Source: Waterburya sp.
Lineage (GTDB): Bacteria; Cyanobacteriota; Cyanobacteriia; Cyanobacteriales; Xenococcaceae
Assembly (NCBI GenBank): GCA_965217895.1
Contig: CBDCJV010000002.1
Location: 1,984,001 to 2,048,000, forward strand
Length of the DNA: 64,000 nucleotides
Direction of reading: 5' to 3'
Part shown: positions 60,273 to 64,000 of the stretch, in pieces
Numbering within the stretch: position 1 is the first letter of the stretch
How the letters are laid out: each line of letters opens with the position of its first letter
Notes under the pieces: model-generated
Told to the model about the DNA's origin: nothing
The model's database searches: none
The model's input: the letters and a program-made list of their open reading frames with translations, nothing else
Translations under genes and position numbers: made by a program

Positions 60273-61655
60273 ATGAACTTACTATTTCAATCAACTCGTC
60301 GTCGTCTTGCCCTCTGGTATACGGCTGTCACGGCTGTCTTGCTGCTGATTTTTGCCACTGGGGTATATTTTTATGTCCGCAATACCTTAGTAGATCGTAT
60401 CGATGATACTCTCAAACACGTTGTGGAAGTAGTAGATCGTTCTTTAGTTATTCAGCCATTGGCAGAAACCAAAGGTAGATACGGAGTAAATGTTGACGCT
60501 AGCTTTAATCAGAACGTAGGTAGCCTAGAAGACGATCATATTGACTTAGAATGGTTCAACCCTCAACAAAGCTTGCTTTGGTCTACTTTTGAGCAACCAA
60601 TAGATTATCCTCTACATCCCAACCGCAGTGGTGAAACAGTTTATTTAAGTGGCGATCGCGTTCTGCGCCAAATTGTTCAAAAAGTGGAGTTAGAACATCG
60701 TGTCTTAGGCTATCTACGGGTAAGCCATCCTTGGTTTGAGGTCACAAAACCAATTAACCAGCTAACGAGGGATCTGATTATTGGCATTAGCTTAATGATA
60801 CTTTCTGTTGGTGGCATCGGCTGGTTTTTGTCGGGAATCGCAATCAAGCCTGTTCAAGTTTCTTATTCTAGCTTAAAACAGTTTACTGCTGATGCCTCCC
60901 ATGAGTTACGCAATCCGATTGCAACTATTCAAACCAACGTCCAGATGGCATTGGCATATCCCGAAGCTGAACCCCAGCTACAGCAAAGGCAGTTGCAGAT
61001 TATTGAACGCCTAACCCAAAAGCTAGGGCGTTTGGTTAACGATCTCTTGTTTTTAGCTCGCGCCGATAGTGGTATGGCACAGTTAGATTGGCAAACAGTA
61101 CCTTTAGATGCTCTTTTAATTGATGTCATTGAAGAACAAAGGCTTGCTGCTACCCAAAAAGGCTTGTTTCTTTCCTTACGTATAGTTGAGCCAGAAATTG
61201 AAGCAGAATTTAACGAAGAAGACGTTTTTACTGTTAGGGGAGACTGGGACTATTTATCTCGCCTCTTTACTAATTTGATTGCCAATGCGATAGAGCATAC
61301 AGAATCGTCAGAAGAATCTGTCGAGACTTCAATTGAAGTAGAGTTAGCGTTAATTAAACCTATCCTCAAAACTATCAGAGTTAGAGAATCTTATCGTCAG
61401 TATGAGTTACAGGTGAAGGTTACAGACAGTGGTAAAGGTATTTCCGAATCTTCTCTTCCCCATATCTTCGATCGCTTTTATCGTGGCGATCCTGCTCGCT
61501 CTTTTCAACGCCAGATTAACACACCTACAGGTGCAGGTTTAGGACTGGCGATCGCTAAAGCCATTGTCGAAAATCATCAGGGACAAATTACAGTAAAGAG
61601 TGTCTTAGAACAGGGAACGACTTTTACCGTCACTCTTCCTCAATATGAAAATTAA
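60273..61655 (+). CDS. Two-component sensor histidine kinase (resembles cyanobacterial ManS/Hik27 type)
   Basis: Two TMs; FTADASHELRNP, NLIANAI, DSGKGI, FDRFYR and GAGLGLAI motifs. Confidence 0.9.
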   Translation: MNLLFQSTRRRLALWYTAVTAVLLLIFATGVYFYVRNTLVDRIDDTLKHVVEVVDRSLVIQPLAETKGRYGVNVDASFNQNVGSLEDDHIDLEWFNPQQSLLWSTFEQPIDYPLHPNRSGETVYLSGDRVLRQIVQKVELEHRVLGYLRVSHPWFEVTKPINQLTRDLIIGISLMILSVGGIGWFLSGIAIKPVQVSYSSLKQFTADASHELRNPIATIQTNVQMALAYPEAEPQLQQRQLQIIERLTQKLGRLVNDLLFLARADSGMAQLDWQTVPLDALLIDVIEEQRLAATQKGLFLSLRIVEPEIEAEFNEEDVFTVRGDWDYLSRLFTNLIANAIEHTESSEESVETSIEVELALIKPILKTIRVRESYRQYELQVKVTDSGKGISESSLPHIFDRFYRGDPARSFQRQINTPTGAGLGLAIAKAIVENHQGQITVKSVLEQGTTFTVTLPQYEN

Positions 61656-61715
61656 TTATATTACTTACGAGCAATTAAATTTTTCCTCATCGATTAACAT
61701 ACCGCAATATTTTCC

Positions 61716-62708
61716 CTAGCCAATTTCAGCTAGAGCAGCATTAATAGTTAAAGAATTTGCCCCAGGCAAACAAGCGTGTTGACTAATATAGCGTTTCCAG
61801 GCTTTTGTCCCAGGCTGCTCAGCAAATAGCTGTAACATATGACGGCTAATAGAATTAAGTCTTGTTTCTCTACCAATCCAATAGTCAATATAGGGAATCA
61901 TTGCCCGAACAATCTGCTGACGGCTTAAAGGAGTTGTGTCTTCTCCATAAATATCTTTATCTACCGTAGCGAAAATATAGGGGCGATCGTAAGCAGCCCT
62001 GCCAATCATAGCTGCATCTACAGACTGAAGGTGTTTTTTCGCTTGTTCAATATTAGTAATGCCACCGTTAATCTCAATAAAAAGATGGGGAAAATCTTGT
62101 TTAAGACGATAGACATCTTCATAGCGCAACGGGGGAACATGACGATTTTCTTTGGGACTCAAACCCTGTAACCAAGCTTTACGCGCGTGAATCGAAAAAT
62201 TGGTACAGCCAACTTCTGAGACAATACGCACAAAGTTGACCATATCTTCATAGCGATCGCACTCGTCCACGCCAATACGATGTTTAACCGTTACAGGGAT
62301 ATCTACTGCCTTTCGCATCGCTTCTACCCCCGCAGCGACTAATTCAGGCTGGGTCATCAAACAGGCACCAAAGTTTCCGTTTTGTACCCTGGGACTAGGA
62401 CAGCCAATATTTAAGTTAAGAGCGTCGTAGCCCCAATCTGCGCCAATTTTGGCACACTCTGCCAACTGAGTAGGATCATCTCCTCCTAGCTGTAATACTA
62501 AAGGTTTTTCTTCGGGAGAAAAATCCAATAGCTTGTGGCGATCGCCATAAATAATTGCTTGGGTAGTAATCATCTCTGTGTATAGCAAAGTGCGACGACT
62601 AATTTGACGCATGAAATAACGATAATGACGATCTGTACGATCCATCATTGGCGCAATACTCAGAGGATTATTAACAATGGCTTGTTTGTTTAAATTATTG
62701 CTGTTCAT
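61716..62708 (-). CDS. dusA: tRNA dihydrouridine(20/20a) synthase DusA
   Basis: APMMD.TDRH, LNIGCPSPRVQ, VKHRIG, HARKAWL.GLSPKENR and EINGGI motifs. Confidence 0.95.
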   Translation of the reverse strand: MNSNNLNKQAIVNNPLSIAPMMDRTDRHYRYFMRQISRRTLLYTEMITTQAIIYGDRHKLLDFSPEEKPLVLQLGGDDPTQLAECAKIGADWGYDALNLNIGCPSPRVQNGNFGACLMTQPELVAAGVEAMRKAVDIPVTVKHRIGVDECDRYEDMVNFVRIVSEVGCTNFSIHARKAWLQGLSPKENRHVPPLRYEDVYRLKQDFPHLFIEINGGITNIEQAKKHLQSVDAAMIGRAAYDRPYIFATVDKDIYGEDTTPLSRQQIVRAMIPYIDYWIGRETRLNSISRHMLQLFAEQPGTKAWKRYISQHACLPGANSLTINAALAEIG

Positions 62709-62806
62709 AATGCCATTTATCTAATGCTGATAAATAATAGTTCTCGCCTTGCTTCAGTTGCTAATATTCTAGATATATCTCATAAAACTAAAAAAATTAT
62801 CAGCTT

Positions 62807-63067
62807 ATGGCTCGTTTAAATATTCACAGTCTGTCGATGCAAATTAGTCGTATGTTTGAGCAAGGGCAGTCTTTTTTCTGTGCTATCAAAGTCCAAGACT
62901 GGCTGAAAGAAAGAAATGAAAACCCTGATGATTACGATATTTTGTTTCACGAAAAACCAGCTCCACCAGGATCGGGATTAATCATCATGCGAGAAATTGA
63001 GTTGCGTCGCAAAGACGGCAAACCAGTTGAGGCTTGGTTACAAGAGGATATAAATAGCTATACCTAA
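62807..63067 (+). CDS. Hypothetical protein
   Basis: 86-aa ORF with ATG start and normal codon usage. Confidence 0.65.
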   Translation: MARLNIHSLSMQISRMFEQGQSFFCAIKVQDWLKERNENPDDYDILFHEKPAPPGSGLIIMREIELRRKDGKPVEAWLQEDINSYT

Positions 63068-63209
63068 TTGAACTAAACTTGAGTGAGTATTTCTTAAACT
63101 ATACGACCATAATCTAGTTTAATCAGGCGATGAGGCTTAGGCAAGCGATCGCTTTTTTAGATTGAGTAAAGTAGAATAAGAAATATTTACAGAGCCAACA
63201 GTCATCCAA

Positions 63210-63638
63210 ATGACACCAGCAGAAATCCAAAGCACTATTGAACAAATGCTATCTGTTCAAAGACAAATTCAGGAAAGTCAAATTAAAAACACAGACAATA
63301 TAGCTAGGTTAGAAAGCCAAACTCAGTCAAACAGTCAGTTAATCCGAGAAAATAGTCAATCAATCCGAGAAAACGGTCAGTTAATCCGAGAAAATAGTCA
63401 ATCAATCCGAGAAGAAGGTGAGTTAATTCGAGAATTTGCTAGCGATACCAGGGCAGATATTGCACTTTTAGTAGAAGAGATTGCTAAATTAGCTGTAGAC
63501 CAAAGAGAGAAATTTAATCAATTTTATGGCTATCATATAGCTGCTGATTCCGATCGACTAAATATTATTGAAAGACTCCACTTTGTTGAGCAAGAAGTAG
63601 AAAGGCTCAAGGGAAGGCTGGATAACGAAACAAATTGA
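63210..63638 (+). CDS. Coiled-coil protein with internal heptad (21-bp) repeats
   Basis: NSQLIRE/NSQSIRE/NGQLIRE repeats. Confidence 0.75.
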   Translation: MTPAEIQSTIEQMLSVQRQIQESQIKNTDNIARLESQTQSNSQLIRENSQSIRENGQLIRENSQSIREEGELIREFASDTRADIALLVEEIAKLAVDQREKFNQFYGYHIAADSDRLNIIERLHFVEQEVERLKGRLDNETN

Positions 63639-63816
63639 AAATTAACTTTTAATTTAGTTTTATGTTTAAACTACACAACCATAATCTAATTTTATAAGAC
63701 GATCGCTCGAACAGAAGTAACTATAGCAATCCGACTGGGGCTATTTAATTCTAAATTATCATGCACTTAGCAAATAACCGTGAAATAACTCAACAGCGAA
63801 ATTGTTAGCGTTTATT

Positions 63817-64000
63817 TTACAGTCCCCAAAACTCAATTCTTTTTTCTAACCAGCCTGATTTCTGCCAACGAGCGATCGCCCGATCAACTTTATAATACAG
63901 TTCTTTATATTGCAATCCCTTGGGCATGACAATTGCTAATGCGTCCCCCGAAAGCCTTTCTGGAAGAAGTTTATAAGCAGGGTATTCCTGTGTCCAACCT
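63817..64000 (-). CDS. Amino-acid ABC transporter substrate-binding protein, C-terminal part (5' end outside the window)
   Basis: GWTQEYPAYKLLPERLSGDALAIVMPKGLQY..L...V..AIARWQKSGWL...IEFWGL*. Confidence 0.75.
   Translation of the reverse strand, partial: GWTQEYPAYKLLPERLSGDALAIVMPKGLQYKELYYKVDRAIARWQKSGWLEKRIEFWGL

Noticed and set aside
3059..61129. Many short antisense or overlapping ORFs in the track (e.g. 3059-3268, 5046-5324, 7856-8047, 10154-10414, 33224-33412, 45450-45701, 60929-61129)
   Set aside because: They are shadows of well-supported genes and carry no motifs of their own.
1..64000. HIP1 abundance as a novelty in itself
   Set aside because: High GCGATCGC density is well known in cyanobacteria; only its coincidence with insertion boundaries is reported.

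Overview
Cyanobacterial chromosomal segment. It is AT-rich, has a very high density of the HIP1 octamer GCGATCGC, and carries STRR-type short tandem repeats and typical cyanobacterial genes (probably a Pleurocapsa-like strain; inference only). The core genes are yidD, ybeY, dgkA, trpG/pabA, recJ, an LCP protein, mobA, rodA, pstC/pstA, aroA, hom, hrcA and dusA. Accessory content: (i) a 6.3-kb integrase-free island bounded by a duplicated mobA 3' end that begins exactly at a HIP1 site, plus three smaller insertions (24 bp, 106 bp, 572 bp) also at HIP1/CGATCG sites; (ii) two large PixJ-like multi-GAF cyanobacteriochrome genes (9 GAF domains in total) with eroded MCP output, one carrying a near-perfect 537-bp-period duplication; (iii) a DUF928 + CHASE2-GGDEF-EAL pair; (iv) a putative sulfated-polysaccharide cluster with a homopolymer-frameshifted GT87-like gene and an in-frame chimeric glycosyltransferase; (v) a ~480-bp composite of IS200/IS605 (tnpB) ends enclosing an antisense, internally deleted group II intron; (vi) a VapBC module, several MITEs and pseudogenes. 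No rRNA, tRNA or CRISPR array was seen. All calls come from motif recognition, not database searches.
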